Source: Escherichia phage sutha
Sequence record: PV245934.1
Strand: one strand, 5' to 3'
Length of the DNA stretch: 64,000 nucleotides
A model generated the notes under the pieces. The model was not told where the DNA came from. It worked only from the letters and a program-made list of their open reading frames with translations, and did no database searches. Made by a program: the position numbers and the translations under genes. Below, one piece after another: positions 31,305 to 43,802 of this stretch. Every line of letters begins with the position of its first letter. Position 1 is the stretch's first letter.

Positions 31305-31639
31305 TTCATAATCACCAGATAAGCAGATTTAGCAGTTTCAACACGATAAATTTCGTGACGAAGTTTAGTTATACTTTTAATAACAGAACTAATTATATTC
31401 TGCCCATCTTTAAAGCGGTTTTTCTTATCAATAAAAATTGCACCAGCCATCTTTTTGTGAAGCTCAACCGGATACTTCGTCACAATAATAGCATCATACA
31501 CAGAAGGATGAATACTATTCACTAGAGTATCATTCATTAAAGTTATTCTAATGAACTGTGCTGTTTCAGAGTCAAGCGCTCTATGATCGCCAGTATCATT
31601 TTCAAGACAATTATCAATTATATCAGTTAAATTCATCAT
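31301..31639 (-). CDS. hypothetical protein (cd.1 position)
   Basis: 112 aa, ATGA overlap with cd. Confidence 0.6.
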   Translation of the reverse strand: MMNLTDIIDNCLENDTGDHRALDSETAQFIRITLMNDTLVNSIHPSVYDAIIVTKYPVELHKKMAGAIFIDKKNRFKDGQNIISSVIKSITKLRHEIYRVETAKSAYLVIMK

Positions 31640-31872
31640 AGTACGCCATACACCCTTTGTGCTTCAACTAATCCATCAAAATCCAGTTTAAGATGTGTTA
31701 TTTGGTCACCATCACCTGGATTCACAATTACTAATACTGAACGAGGAGTTTCGGTAATAACACGAACCGATGTTTCAGGAAATCGTTCAGAAACCTTATT
31801 TACCAATTCCTGAGCAAATAGTTTAACTTTTTCTTGGAATTCTCTAGTAGTAATTGGTTTTTCACTTAGCAT
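31636..31872 (-). CDS. hypothetical protein (cd.2 position)
   Basis: 78 aa ORF. Confidence 0.6.
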   Translation of the reverse strand: MLSEKPITTREFQEKVKLFAQELVNKVSERFPETSVRVITETPRSVLVIVNPGDGDQITHLKLDFDGLVEAQRVYGVL

Positions 31873-32393
31873 GTTGATCCCAGCTCCTTACTTTCAACGT
31901 TTTTAACTAATTTGACAGAAACTAATTCGGCATCTTGGGTAATCATTACCGGGCCTTCTTCATACTCTTCAAGATATTCTAGAGCTTTCTTTTTAGCTTC
32001 TTCCTTCGTATCAGTTTGAGCATAGATATAAAACATACAACCAGTAATACCTACTACTTTCCACTTAATTTCTTTATCAGTTTTAATTTCAAATTTACTG
32101 ATAGAGTCATCTTTTTGAACTTCTTCGAAAAAAGAATATTCTAACATATAAGCAATTGAAAATAACGGGCTAACTTTATAAGATTCGCCCATTACATCAA
32201 CAGCTTTATACCAGCAATCGTCAATTTCGCGTTTAATGCTAATAACATTTTTCGCAGGATCTATTTTTACTTTAAATGAATTTTCCCCAATAAACTGAGC
32301 AATTCGTTTATTAGCCCCGCAAGTTTCATTAAAAATATCTTTATATCCAGCTTTAAAGCGATAAACCTTATCTTCTTCAAACCATTTGCTCAT
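31866..32393 (-). CDS. hypothetical protein (cd.3 position)
   Basis: 175 aa ORF with early promoter upstream. Confidence 0.65.
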   Translation of the reverse strand: MSKWFEEDKVYRFKAGYKDIFNETCGANKRIAQFIGENSFKVKIDPAKNVISIKREIDDCWYKAVDVMGESYKVSPLFSIAYMLEYSFFEEVQKDDSISKFEIKTDKEIKWKVVGITGCMFYIYAQTDTKEEAKKKALEYLEEYEEGPVMITQDAELVSVKLVKNVESKELGSTC

Positions 32394-32422
32394 TTCAATT
32401 TCCTCATTTGTTTTGGTAGAGC

Positions 32423-32452
32423 TATAATATCACAACTCTACCGTAAAGTAAA
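32423..32452 (-). promoter_or_regulatory. early promoter (GTTTAC -35, TATTAT -10)
   Basis: Minus GTTTAC-18 bp-TATTAT upstream of the 175-aa ORF. Confidence 0.55.
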
Positions 32453-32455
32453 CTG

Positions 32456-32737
32456 TTAAATTGCCTTGAATTCTGATGTCTGTGATTCAAAACGAATATC
32501 GCCTTTGATGACTAGCTCAGCATCAAGACCGAATACGACAATGATATGCGCAGAACCTGGATACAGCGTAATGGCAATAGAATCCACCTGGTCTGGAAGC
32601 AAAGTATTCAATACATGAGTCACTTGAGCATGAATTCGAAGCTCAGCTGCATTATCAAACTTTTCAAACATATTATTAGCGATAATTTGGCTAAACACTA
32701 CTTCTACGATTTTAGAATAAGTCGGAAACATATTCAC
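32456..32737 (-). CDS. hypothetical protein (cd.4 position)
   Basis: 93 aa ORF. Confidence 0.6.
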   Translation of the reverse strand: MNMFPTYSKIVEVVFSQIIANNMFEKFDNAAELRIHAQVTHVLNTLLPDQVDSIAITLYPGSAHIIVVFGLDAELVIKGDIRFESQTSEFKAI

Positions 32738-32926
32738 CTCACATAATTTTCTTCAAGCCAATTAATAACATCCAACGCATTATCAAAAGTTGAACCATCT
32801 ACTTTGTCTTCTGTTTCATAATCAAGAACATCTAAGCCTACTCTTCCATCAACAATAGGCCATAAACAAAATAGATATTTCTTTTCTTTTTCAATTTTAT
32901 CACAAAGTCGATAAATCTTTTCTATG

Positions 32927-32934
<8 letters not shown>
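32734..32934 (-). CDS. hypothetical protein (cd.5 position)
   Basis: 66 aa ORF. Confidence 0.55.
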
Positions 32935-34349
<1,415 letters not shown>

Positions 34350-34352
34350 TTA

Positions 34353-34583
34353 TTATTTCTCAACCAATGATTGAATATAATCATGCAAGTCTTTAGATGC
34401 TTTACCCCACTTATTTTGGTATTCATTTTTAAGATTAGCCCGAGATTGAGCTAATAAAACATCATTAGTTGGAGGTAAAGATTCTAACCGTTGAATCTGG
34501 CGTCCATAAATCATTGCAGCCATCTCGGATTCATAAATCAATCCTTTGAGATGTTCAAATTGATGCCATGAAATCATTTGCAT
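34353..34583 (-). CDS. hypothetical protein
   Basis: 76 aa ORF. Confidence 0.55.
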   Translation of the reverse strand: MQMISWHQFEHLKGLIYESEMAAMIYGRQIQRLESLPPTNDVLLAQSRANLKNEYQNKWGKASKDLHDYIQSLVEK

Positions 34584-34873
34584 TTATCCTCTTTTAACTC
34601 TTGACGATAATAACATATCATAGTTTTCTGATCATGTACATATCGTTTTACATCATTAAGCCAAATGCGAAATTCCTGGGAATCTTCAAATGGCATACCG
34701 ACCCAAGCTTTACCATCAATAACTTTAACTTGCCAAGATAGTTTAGCTTCATCATATGACTTTATTTGTACAGGCCAATTAGGATGAACTGTTTCTTTCT
34801 TTACTTCTAGAGGCTTTGTCGAACAACCAACTAGAAGACCAATAGATAATATTACTGCTGATAGTTTAATCAT
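34574..34873 (-). CDS. outer-membrane lipoprotein, candidate o-spanin
   Basis: 99 aa; signal peptide plus lipobox MIKLSAVILSIGLLVGC; ATGA overlap with upstream i-spanin-like ORF. Confidence 0.65.
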   Translation of the reverse strand: MIKLSAVILSIGLLVGCSTKPLEVKKETVHPNWPVQIKSYDEAKLSWQVKVIDGKAWVGMPFEDSQEFRIWLNDVKRYVHDQKTMICYYRQELKEDKCK

Positions 34874-35223
34874 TTAGAAAGGTCCTGGATGTCTTCTGCG
34901 AACTTGTTGAAGGAGTTGTTGATTTGTTTTTCAACCAATCCTGGCTTATGAGCCACCACATCCGCCTTCTTTGCGTCTTTGCGCAGTTTTTCATTTTCAC
35001 GCTCAATAGCAGCAATTGCCTCACGATTTTTATTATTCATCGCATCAATATAATTATACTGAATTCGCAAATTATTTAATGCTAAAGCGTTTTCATTGGC
35101 CGTTTTTGTAATTTCTACAACAGACGTTTCTAATCTTTCAATTTTATTTTTTAAAATTAAAGAAGTTCCGCCCAATGCAATTACAATTAATAGCAAGCCT
35201 GCTGTCGTATTACTTAATTGCAT
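34870..35223 (-). CDS. N-terminal transmembrane coiled-coil protein, candidate i-spanin
   Basis: 117 aa; TM helix AGLLLIVIALGGTSLIL then coiled-coil-like region. Confidence 0.6.
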   Translation of the reverse strand: MQLSNTTAGLLLIVIALGGTSLILKNKIERLETSVVEITKTANENALALNNLRIQYNYIDAMNNKNREAIAAIERENEKLRKDAKKADVVAHKPGLVEKQINNSFNKFAEDIQDLSK

Positions 35224-35717
35224 AAAGTTTTAATAACCTCTATAATATCGTCTTGAGAAAGACCGTTAATTAAAATATGATGTTCAGCCGGAGATTTAGA
35301 AATTTTAAAGCATGCCTCAACATCTTCTGCCATATCTGATGCGCTACGATTTGGATTACTAATTCCAAGACGATGTTTTCCCGTCAAAGGATTAACGATG
35401 ATATAGCATTTACAGTTGTTAATATGAACATTAGGTTGAGTCTGATTAATGAACACATCACAATCATATTTCGCAAGCTGATTTTCTAAAAAGACTTTCA
35501 TCTCCTCAACTGCATCAGGAAGCATATCACGGGCTTGCTCAAGACGACGATTTCGATATTCTTTAATGGTCGTTTTCCGCTTGACTTGCTTAGCTAAATC
35601 TTTCTTAAGATCGGTGATATATCCAACTCGACGATTTCCTTTAAATACAGAAATCCCATCTGTAGTATCACCGTATGCTTCAACGACCATTTCAGTAGTA
35701 ATAAGCTGTAAATCCAT
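35214..35717 (-). CDS. alc: Alc transcription terminator / inhibitor of host transcription
   Basis: 167-168 aa at the T4 alc position between spanin genes and rnlA; early promoter upstream. Confidence 0.75.
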   Translation of the reverse strand: MDLQLITTEMVVEAYGDTTDGISVFKGNRRVGYITDLKKDLAKQVKRKTTIKEYRNRRLEQARDMLPDAVEEMKVFLENQLAKYDCDVFINQTQPNVHINNCKCYIIVNPLTGKHRLGISNPNRSASDMAEDVEACFKISKSPAEHHILINGLSQDDIIEVIKTLCN

Positions 35718-35748
35718 CATAAAGTCCTCATGTTATGTCAGTAAGACT

Positions 35749-35778
35749 ACTGTAACACAACACGAGGGACTTGTAAAC
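35749..35778 (-). promoter_or_regulatory. early promoter (GTTTAC -35) within conserved 54-bp block
   Basis: Minus GTTTAC-AAGTCCCTCGTGTTGTGT-TACAGT; near-identical to block at 21872-21925. Confidence 0.65.
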
Positions 35779-35781
35779 AGC

Positions 35782-37369
<1,588 letters not shown>

Positions 37370-37377
37370 AATAAAAT

Positions 37378-37391
37378 GGGCCTTGCGGCCC
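37378..37391. terminator. hairpin GGGCC-ttgc-GGCCC
   Basis: Perfect stem between nrdB stop and denA start. Confidence 0.5.
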
Positions 37392-37396
37392 ACTCC

Positions 37397-38566
37397 TTAA
37401 AAATATTTTTTAAAACTCATCATAACTTTATCATCAACATCATTATCAATCTGTGCTACAAGGTAAGATGACAGTTCTACTTCTTGTGGCGCGGATTGAA
37501 CATTATCAGAATTAAGATATTCACGAATCCAAGGATACGGATGTTTAACCGGAGCATCAGTAATTGGGCATGGAAGACCACACTGTTTCATACGAGATAC
37601 AGTTAAGTAATCAATAAAGCTCCACATGCTATTTGTATTTAATCCAGGAACATCGCCATCTTTAAATAAATGAACTGCCCAGTCTTTTTCTTGACGGTTA
37701 ACTTCCATGAAAATATCAACTGCTTCTTGTTCACACTCTTGGGCGATTTTAACCCATTCATCACCATCAGTGCCAAGTTGAAGTTGACGAATAATATATT
37801 GGGTGCCTTTAAGGTGAAGCTGCTCATCACGTGCAATGAACTTCATAATCTTGGCATTACCTTCCATAATTTCCATGTTCTTATGGAAGTTAAAGGTACA
37901 TGCGAAAGATACATAAAAACGAATAGCTTCCAATGCGTTGATTACATGAAGGCAAAGATAAAGAGATTTCATTAGTGCCCGTTTAGTATATTCAACAACT
38001 TTGCCTAGCTCTTCTTTACGAAATCCTTCTGATAAAATTCCTTCATAATCTTCAACCGCATTCTGATATTCACGAGTCTTAACTAGAACATCATCATAAT
38101 AGCGACCAATAGATTCAGCACGTTTCATGATAGCTTTATCTAATACAATCTCATCAAATACCTTTGATGGATCAGTATAAAGATTTCGCATAATATGAGT
38201 ATATGAACGGCTGTGAATAGTTTCGCTAAAAGTCCATGTAGCAACCCATGTATCAAGACTTGGGTCTGAAATTAACGACATAAGTACAGCAGACGGCGCA
38301 CGACCCTGAATGCTATCCAAAAGTGATTGATACTTCAGGTTATTAGTAAAAATATCTTGCTGATATTGAGGAAGCTTGTTAAATTGTGCAGCATCCATCA
38401 TTAAGTTTACTTCTTCAGGACGCCAGAAAAATGATAACTGCTTTTCGGTTAAATCTTCAAAAACTTTATGGCGTTGAATATCATAACGCGCAATACCAAG
38501 ACCTGAACCGAAGAACATAGGTTCTTTTAAAACATCAACTGGATTTGTATTAAAAACTGTGCTCAT
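37397..38566 (-). CDS. nrdB: ribonucleotide reductase small subunit NrdB, uninterrupted (no intron)
   Basis: 389 aa continuous ORF MSTVFNTNPVDVLKEPMFFGSGLG...KKYF with di-iron radical signature; T4 nrdB is split by an intron, this copy is not. Confidence 0.95.
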   Translation of the reverse strand: MSTVFNTNPVDVLKEPMFFGSGLGIARYDIQRHKVFEDLTEKQLSFFWRPEEVNLMMDAAQFNKLPQYQQDIFTNNLKYQSLLDSIQGRAPSAVLMSLISDPSLDTWVATWTFSETIHSRSYTHIMRNLYTDPSKVFDEIVLDKAIMKRAESIGRYYDDVLVKTREYQNAVEDYEGILSEGFRKEELGKVVEYTKRALMKSLYLCLHVINALEAIRFYVSFACTFNFHKNMEIMEGNAKIMKFIARDEQLHLKGTQYIIRQLQLGTDGDEWVKIAQECEQEAVDIFMEVNRQEKDWAVHLFKDGDVPGLNTNSMWSFIDYLTVSRMKQCGLPCPITDAPVKHPYPWIREYLNSDNVQSAPQEVELSSYLVAQIDNDVDDKVMMSFKKYF

Positions 38567-38617
38567 AAATTTTCCGCTTAGTTAATAGATAGTGACTCGT
38601 CCGTGAGTCAAATTATA

Positions 38618-40882
38618 TCATAATTTACAGGATGAACAATCTTCAGCTTTTGGAGTTTCTATTTCATAATCATCAGTACCAGAACCATCGCGGGTATTAT
38701 GATAATAGAAATTTTTTCCGCCAAAATACCAAAAATACAAAAGGTCATCAATCATTATTGACATTGGAACCTTTCCTTTTGGAAAAATCTGCGGGTCATA
38801 ATATGTATTTGCTGAAGCTGATTGACATACCCATTTAAGCATAATAGCTACCTGCGTAAGATAAGGTTTATTACCTTTCTTAGCTAATTTCCACGTATAA
38901 TCATAGAGGTCTATGTTATGCTCAATATTGGGCACGACTTGATTAAAGGAACCCTCTTTTGATTCTTTAACAGAGACTGGTCCACGTGGAGGCTCGATAC
39001 CGTTTGTACTGTTAGAAACTTGGGAAGATGACTCACATGGCATAAGTGCTGATAATGTGCTATTACGGATGCCAAAGAGCTTAAGGTCTTCCCGCAGCGA
39101 CGACCAGTCACAAACGTATTTTGGAGCTGCGATTTGGTCAATCTTTTTATTGTACCAGTCGATAGGTAATTCGCCTCGAGACCAACGAGTGTCTGAATAA
39201 TATTCGCAAGGTCCTTTTTCTTTGGCGAGCTTAATGGATGCTTTAATGAGTCCATACTGCAATCTCTCAAATAGTTCATGTGTTAAATCGTTAGCATCTT
39301 CATAAGAAGCAAAGTTACTTGCCAGCCAAGCTGCATAGTTAGTAACACCTACGCCAAGGTTTCGACGCTTTTTAGCTTTTTCTGCTTCAGGAACTGGATA
39401 TCCTTGGTAATCCAAAAGATTATCAAGAGCGCGAACTTGAACTTCTGCTAATTCATTAATTTTATCTTGGTCTTGCCAATCGAAGTTATCCAACACGAAT
39501 GCAGATAACGTACACAATCCAATTTCAGCATCAGGACTATTCACATCATTTGTTGGAATAGCAATTTCACAGCACAAGTTACTCTGACGAATAGGTGCCT
39601 TTTCACGAATAAATGGAGTATAGTTATTCGTATTATCAATGAACTGCACATAAATCCTTGCTGTTCCTGAGCGTTCAGTCATTAGCAATTCAAACAGTTC
39701 ACGTGCTTTAATACGCTTTTTACGAATATTAGGGTCTTTTTCTGCGGCTTCATATAATTCACGGAAACGGTCTTGGTCTTTAAAATAAGAATAATAAAGC
39801 TCGCCACTCATTTCATGCGGACTGAACAAAGTAATGTAGTCGTTCTTTCCAAAACGTTCCATCATCAAATCATTCAGCTGAACGCCATAATCCATATGAC
39901 GGATACGGTTTTCTTCTACGCCTTTGTTATTTTTCAAAACGAGAAGATTTTCAACTTCCAAATGCCAAATAGGATAATAAGCAGTAGCAGCGCCGCCACG
40001 AATTCCACCCTGTGAGCATGATTTAACAGCAGTCTGAAAATGTTTCCAAAAAGGAATAACACCAGTATGGCGTACTTCACCTGTACCAATCTTAGAACCT
40101 TCGGCACGAATCATACCAACGTTAATACCAATTCCAGCGCGTTTGGAGATATATTCAACAATTGAAGCGGAAACCTTATTGATAGACTTCAGCGAATCAC
40201 CTGCCTCAATAACAACACATGAACTAAACTGTCGAGTCGGAGTACGACAACCAGCCATAATAGGAGTTGGTAATGAAATTTGTCGAGTAGATACTGCTTC
40301 ATAAAAACGAATAACATGTTTTAATCTATCAACAGGTTCATCTTGATGTAATGCCATTCCAATAGTCATAAATGCAAACTGTGGAGTTTCATAAATTTGA
40401 CCAGTGGTTTTATCTTTAACGAGATATTTTTCTTTTAATTGCATCGCCCCGGAATAAGTAAATTCCATATCCCGCTCGTGCTTAATTTTTGATTCTAAAA
40501 ATGTAATTTCTTCTGCTGAATATTTTGACAGCAGTTCAGGGTCATATTTACCTTCATTTACACAGTAAGAAATATGGTCAATAAATGAACGTGGTTCATA
40601 TTGCCCATAAACATGCTTACGAAGAGCAAACATTAAACAGCGAGCGGCTACATATTGATAATCAGGCTCTTCAACTGAAATAGAATTCGCAGCAGCCTTA
40701 ATTACAATGGTTTGAATGTCATCAGTGGTCATTCCATCACGGAGATATGATTTAATATTTTCATATAATTCATAAGGATCTACAGATGTTCCTTCGGCTG
40801 CCCAAGATAAAACTTTAATAATTTTTTGTGGATCAAAGCTCTGAGAAACACCACTACTTTTGATAACATTAATTAATTGCAT
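38618..40882 (-). CDS. nrdA: ribonucleotide reductase large subunit NrdA
   Basis: 754 aa from MQLINVIKSSGVSQSFDPQKII... matching T4 NrdA by recall; track ORF has a 32-codon in-frame extension; AGAGGA Shine-Dalgarno before ATG at 40882. Confidence 0.95.
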   Translation of the reverse strand: MQLINVIKSSGVSQSFDPQKIIKVLSWAAEGTSVDPYELYENIKSYLRDGMTTDDIQTIVIKAAANSISVEEPDYQYVAARCLMFALRKHVYGQYEPRSFIDHISYCVNEGKYDPELLSKYSAEEITFLESKIKHERDMEFTYSGAMQLKEKYLVKDKTTGQIYETPQFAFMTIGMALHQDEPVDRLKHVIRFYEAVSTRQISLPTPIMAGCRTPTRQFSSCVVIEAGDSLKSINKVSASIVEYISKRAGIGINVGMIRAEGSKIGTGEVRHTGVIPFWKHFQTAVKSCSQGGIRGGAATAYYPIWHLEVENLLVLKNNKGVEENRIRHMDYGVQLNDLMMERFGKNDYITLFSPHEMSGELYYSYFKDQDRFRELYEAAEKDPNIRKKRIKARELFELLMTERSGTARIYVQFIDNTNNYTPFIREKAPIRQSNLCCEIAIPTNDVNSPDAEIGLCTLSAFVLDNFDWQDQDKINELAEVQVRALDNLLDYQGYPVPEAEKAKKRRNLGVGVTNYAAWLASNFASYEDANDLTHELFERLQYGLIKASIKLAKEKGPCEYYSDTRWSRGELPIDWYNKKIDQIAAPKYVCDWSSLREDLKLFGIRNSTLSALMPCESSSQVSNSTNGIEPPRGPVSVKESKEGSFNQVVPNIEHNIDLYDYTWKLAKKGNKPYLTQVAIMLKWVCQSASANTYYDPQIFPKGKVPMSIMIDDLLYFWYFGGKNFYYHNTRDGSGTDDYEIETPKAEDCSSCKL

Positions 40883-40907
40883 AAGTCCTCTGTAGTAAGT
40901 TACTCCA

Positions 40908-40915
40908 TATAAATA
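40908..40915 (+). promoter_or_regulatory. late promoter TATAAATA for antisense homing endonuclease gene
   Basis: Exact TATAAATA 22 bp upstream of ATG at 40938, then AGGAG Shine-Dalgarno. Confidence 0.6.
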
Positions 40916-40937
40916 TAATTTTATATAGGAGAATATA

Positions 40938-41669
40938 ATGAAATCTGGAATATATGCTATTATAAACACTAAAACCAATAAGCACTATATAGGAAGTGCA
41001 ATTAATTTTGAAGAACGATGGAAACGACACTTCAAAGATTTAGATAATGGAAATCATCATTCAATAAAGCTGCAACGTTCTTATAATAAGCATGGGAAAG
41101 ATGCTTTCGTATGTAAAATCATAGAAGAACTTCCATACGAAAAATCTATCATTATTGAACGTGAAAATTATTGGATACATGAATATGACTCAAAGGAAAA
41201 TGGGTATAATATAGCAGACGCATCGTTTGGGGATACCTTATCTCATCACCCAAGAAAGCAAGAAATCCTTAATAAAATTTCAAATGCAATTAAAAATAAT
41301 AATTCAAAATTATCACCAGAAGAACTTAAGCAAAAACATGGTAGACCTAAAGATATTAAAGGTAAAACTATAGAAGAACACTATGGGTTAGATCGTGCTA
41401 TAGAAATAAGCAAAAAGTTCCAAGAAAGAAACGCTGCACTTAATATGAAAGGCATCAATAATCCATATTATGGACAGACACATACCAATGAAGTTAGAAA
41501 ACGAATTTCTGACTCACAAAGAGGTAAAAAGAAACCCCATCTAAGAGTAAGTATAGATGGGGTAGAATATCCAACAATAGCAGAAGCTGTGCGTCAAACC
41601 GGAATAAGCAGAAAACTTATATCTAAAAGATGTGCTCTAGATTGTTGGGAATCATATTTATACTGCTAA
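40938..41669 (+). CDS. free-standing GIY-YIG homing endonuclease, I-TevI-like catalytic domain with NUMOD/HTH C-terminus
   Basis: 243 aa; first ~100 aa ([21 protein letters not shown]...RWKRHFKDL...[12 protein letters not shown]...IIERENYWI...[13 protein letters not shown]) closely parallel I-TevI; C-term [22 protein letters not shown] and [22 protein letters not shown]; antisense to flanking nrdA/td. Confidence 0.85.
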   Translation: MKSGIYAIINTKTNKHYIGSAINFEERWKRHFKDLDNGNHHSIKLQRSYNKHGKDAFVCKIIEELPYEKSIIIERENYWIHEYDSKENGYNIADASFGDTLSHHPRKQEILNKISNAIKNNNSKLSPEELKQKHGRPKDIKGKTIEEHYGLDRAIEISKKFQERNAALNMKGINNPYYGQTHTNEVRKRISDSQRGKKKPHLRVSIDGVEYPTIAEAVRQTGISRKLISKRCALDCWESYLYC

Positions 41670-41903
41670 AGTTCTACATTCGTCATATTGTTTTTCCGTT
41701 AAAACAGTAATATCATAATAACAATCTGAAGAAGTTTTAACTGTAGAAATTTTATTATCAAAATACTCACGAGTCATTTTATGAGTATAATATTTTTTGC
41801 CATAAATGACAATAGGCTGTTCTGGTCCTGGAACTTCTAACTCGCTTGGATTAGGAAGTGTAAAAAGAACTACACCAGAAGTATCTTTAAATCGTAAAAT
41901 CAT
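41658..41903 (-). CDS. hypothetical protein between td and nrdA
   Basis: 81 aa ORF, convergently overlaps the endonuclease 3' end by 12 bp. Confidence 0.6.
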   Translation of the reverse strand: MILRFKDTSGVVLFTLPNPSELEVPGPEQPIVIYGKKYYTHKMTREYFDNKISTVKTSSDCYYDITVLTEKQYDECRTLAV

Positions 41904-41926
41904 ATATCCTCACAATTAATAATTAA

Positions 41927-42238
41927 TTACACCGCCATTTTTCCTTTAATAGAAGGGTGTGATTCGTAACCTTTAAGAACGAAATCTTTAGGCCTGAGTT
42001 TAAGAATGTATTCCAATTGTTCTTTAGTAGAAAGATAGCGGAATTTATAAGGCAATCCGCCTATTACCAGTTCACAAAGCTCTTTAGGTTCACGACGCAA
42101 AATTTCTTTACATTGTTCTACGTGATTCATATAGATATGAGTATTACCGCCAGAAAATATCAAATCTCCTGGAATAAGATTACACATCTTAGCTACAATA
42201 TGAACTAACGCAGCATATGATGCAATGTTGAACGGTAG
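41927..42238 (-). CDS. td: thymidylate synthase exon 2
   Basis: Encodes LPFNIASYAALVHIVAKMCNLIPGDLIFSGGNTHIYMNHVEQ...KGKMAV, matching the C-terminal 103 aa of T4 TS; preceded by intron 3' end ...CATAATG. Confidence 0.93.
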   Translation of the reverse strand, partial: LPFNIASYAALVHIVAKMCNLIPGDLIFSGGNTHIYMNHVEQCKEILRREPKELCELVIGGLPYKFRYLSTKEQLEYILKLRPKDFVLKGYESHPSIKGKMAV

Positions 42239-43254
42239 CATTATGTTCAGATAAGGTCGTTAATCTTATCCCGGAATTATATCCAGCTGCATGTCACCAT
42301 GCAGAGCAGACTATATCTCCAACTTGTTAAAGCAAGTTGTCTATCGTTTCGAGTCACTTGACCCTACTCCCTAAAGGGATAGTCGTTAGGCATTTATGTA
42401 GAACCAATTCCACTTATCAGATTTTACACGGTAAGTAACTAATCCTGATGAAATTTCAAAATGTCTAGCCGCATCGGCTGCACATTCAAAAATAATCCCA
42501 TCGCATGAAATCTTTTTGATGTTAGCTGGCTTTTTGCCTTTCATCTTTTCAGATAGTTTAGTTTTAGTTTTTTCTGAATGTTTGTGATTAAAGAACGGGT
42601 TATTTTCACCTGAACGTTTTCGGCACTTTCCACAAGTATCGGCCGAAGATGGTATGCGAACACCGCATTTACAAAACTTGTGGTTTTCTGGATTCCATCG
42701 GCCATTTTTACTTCCGTGTTTACCATAAAGAGCTTTCCGACCATCAGGACCAAGCTTAAGCATCTTAGCTTTAACAGTTTCAGCTCGTTTCTTAGCAATT
42801 TCTTCTTTTAATGGATGATTTGAAAGCACATCGCCAAAAGACGCATCAGCAATATTATATCCATTAATTTTAGAATTTAGCTCTTTAATCCAAAAATTTT
42901 CTCGTTCAATAATCAAATCTTTCTCATATGGAATTTCTTCCAGTACAGAGCATTCAAAAACATTACCATGTTTATTAAAAGACCTTTGAAATTTTATAGA
43001 AGAGTGAACACCGTTTTCAAGGTCTTTAAAATGTCTCTTCCATCTTTTCTCAAAATCTTTAGCACTTCCAACATACACTTTACCGTTTAAAGTGTTTTTA
43101 ATCTGATAAATTCCGCTTTTCATAAACACCTCTTTTTATATAGAAGTATTTATTAAAGGGTAGTCCTACAATTTAGCACGGGATTGTCTACTAGAGAGGT
43201 TCCCCGTTTAGATAGATTACAAGTATAAGTCACCTTATACTCAGGCCTAAATTA
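42239..43254 (-). mobile_element. group I self-splicing intron of td carrying I-TevI
   Basis: 1016 bp between exon 1 end (...VDVFLG, GGT then TAA in intron) and exon 2 start (CTACCG); 5' intron sequence TAATTGAGGCCTGAGTATAAGGTGACTTATACTTG as recalled for T4. Confidence 0.9.
42386..43123 (-). CDS. intron-encoded GIY-YIG homing endonuclease I-TevI
   Basis: 245 aa from [35 protein letters not shown]...; zinc finger CKCGVRIPSSADTCGKC; C-term HTH ...VTYRVKSDKWNWFYINA; matches I-TevI by recall. Confidence 0.93.
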   Translation of the reverse strand: MKSGIYQIKNTLNGKVYVGSAKDFEKRWKRHFKDLENGVHSSIKFQRSFNKHGNVFECSVLEEIPYEKDLIIERENFWIKELNSKINGYNIADASFGDVLSNHPLKEEIAKKRAETVKAKMLKLGPDGRKALYGKHGSKNGRWNPENHKFCKCGVRIPSSADTCGKCRKRSGENNPFFNHKHSEKTKTKLSEKMKGKKPANIKKISCDGIIFECAADAARHFEISSGLVTYRVKSDKWNWFYINA

Positions 43255-43802
43255 ACCTAAGAAAACATCGACACTGCGTTGGTACCATTGTAAATCCAAA
43301 TATCCATTACGCACATTAAACTGATAAAACATATGACAAGGTGGTAATGCCATTTGCTTAAGTTCTGCCGGATTCCATGCTGAAACAATTTGACGTCTAT
43401 CATTTGGCAGTTTTTTAATACGTTCAACAACTTCTATAATTTGATCTACACCACCAAAATCGCGCCACTGTTTTCCATAAATTGGACCAAGTTCACCGCT
43501 ATGGTATCCTAAATCTTTTGCTTGATTTTCGTAATTTTCATCCCAGACTGTTTTGCCTTGAATTAATGAATCATGTTGAATTAATCGCAAATCATTGACA
43601 TTTGTGCTTCCCGATAAAAACCATATTAGCTCAGCAATACAGGCTTTCCACGCTAATTTTTTAGTTGTTACCGCAGGAAAACCTTTAGTTAAATCCCAGC
43701 GTAATTTAGTACCAAACAAAGCAATTGTTCCTGTGCCTGTTCGGTCATCGGTTTCGTAACCATTTTCCAGGATATCTTTAATTAAAAATTGGTATTGTTT
43801 CA

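Noticed and set aside
40883-40978. 32-codon N-terminal extension of the nrdA ORF (MVLVFIIAY...)
   Set aside because: Hydrophobic junk that overlaps the divergent endonuclease start and late promoter; the conserved NrdA N-terminus begins at MQLINV with a good Shine-Dalgarno
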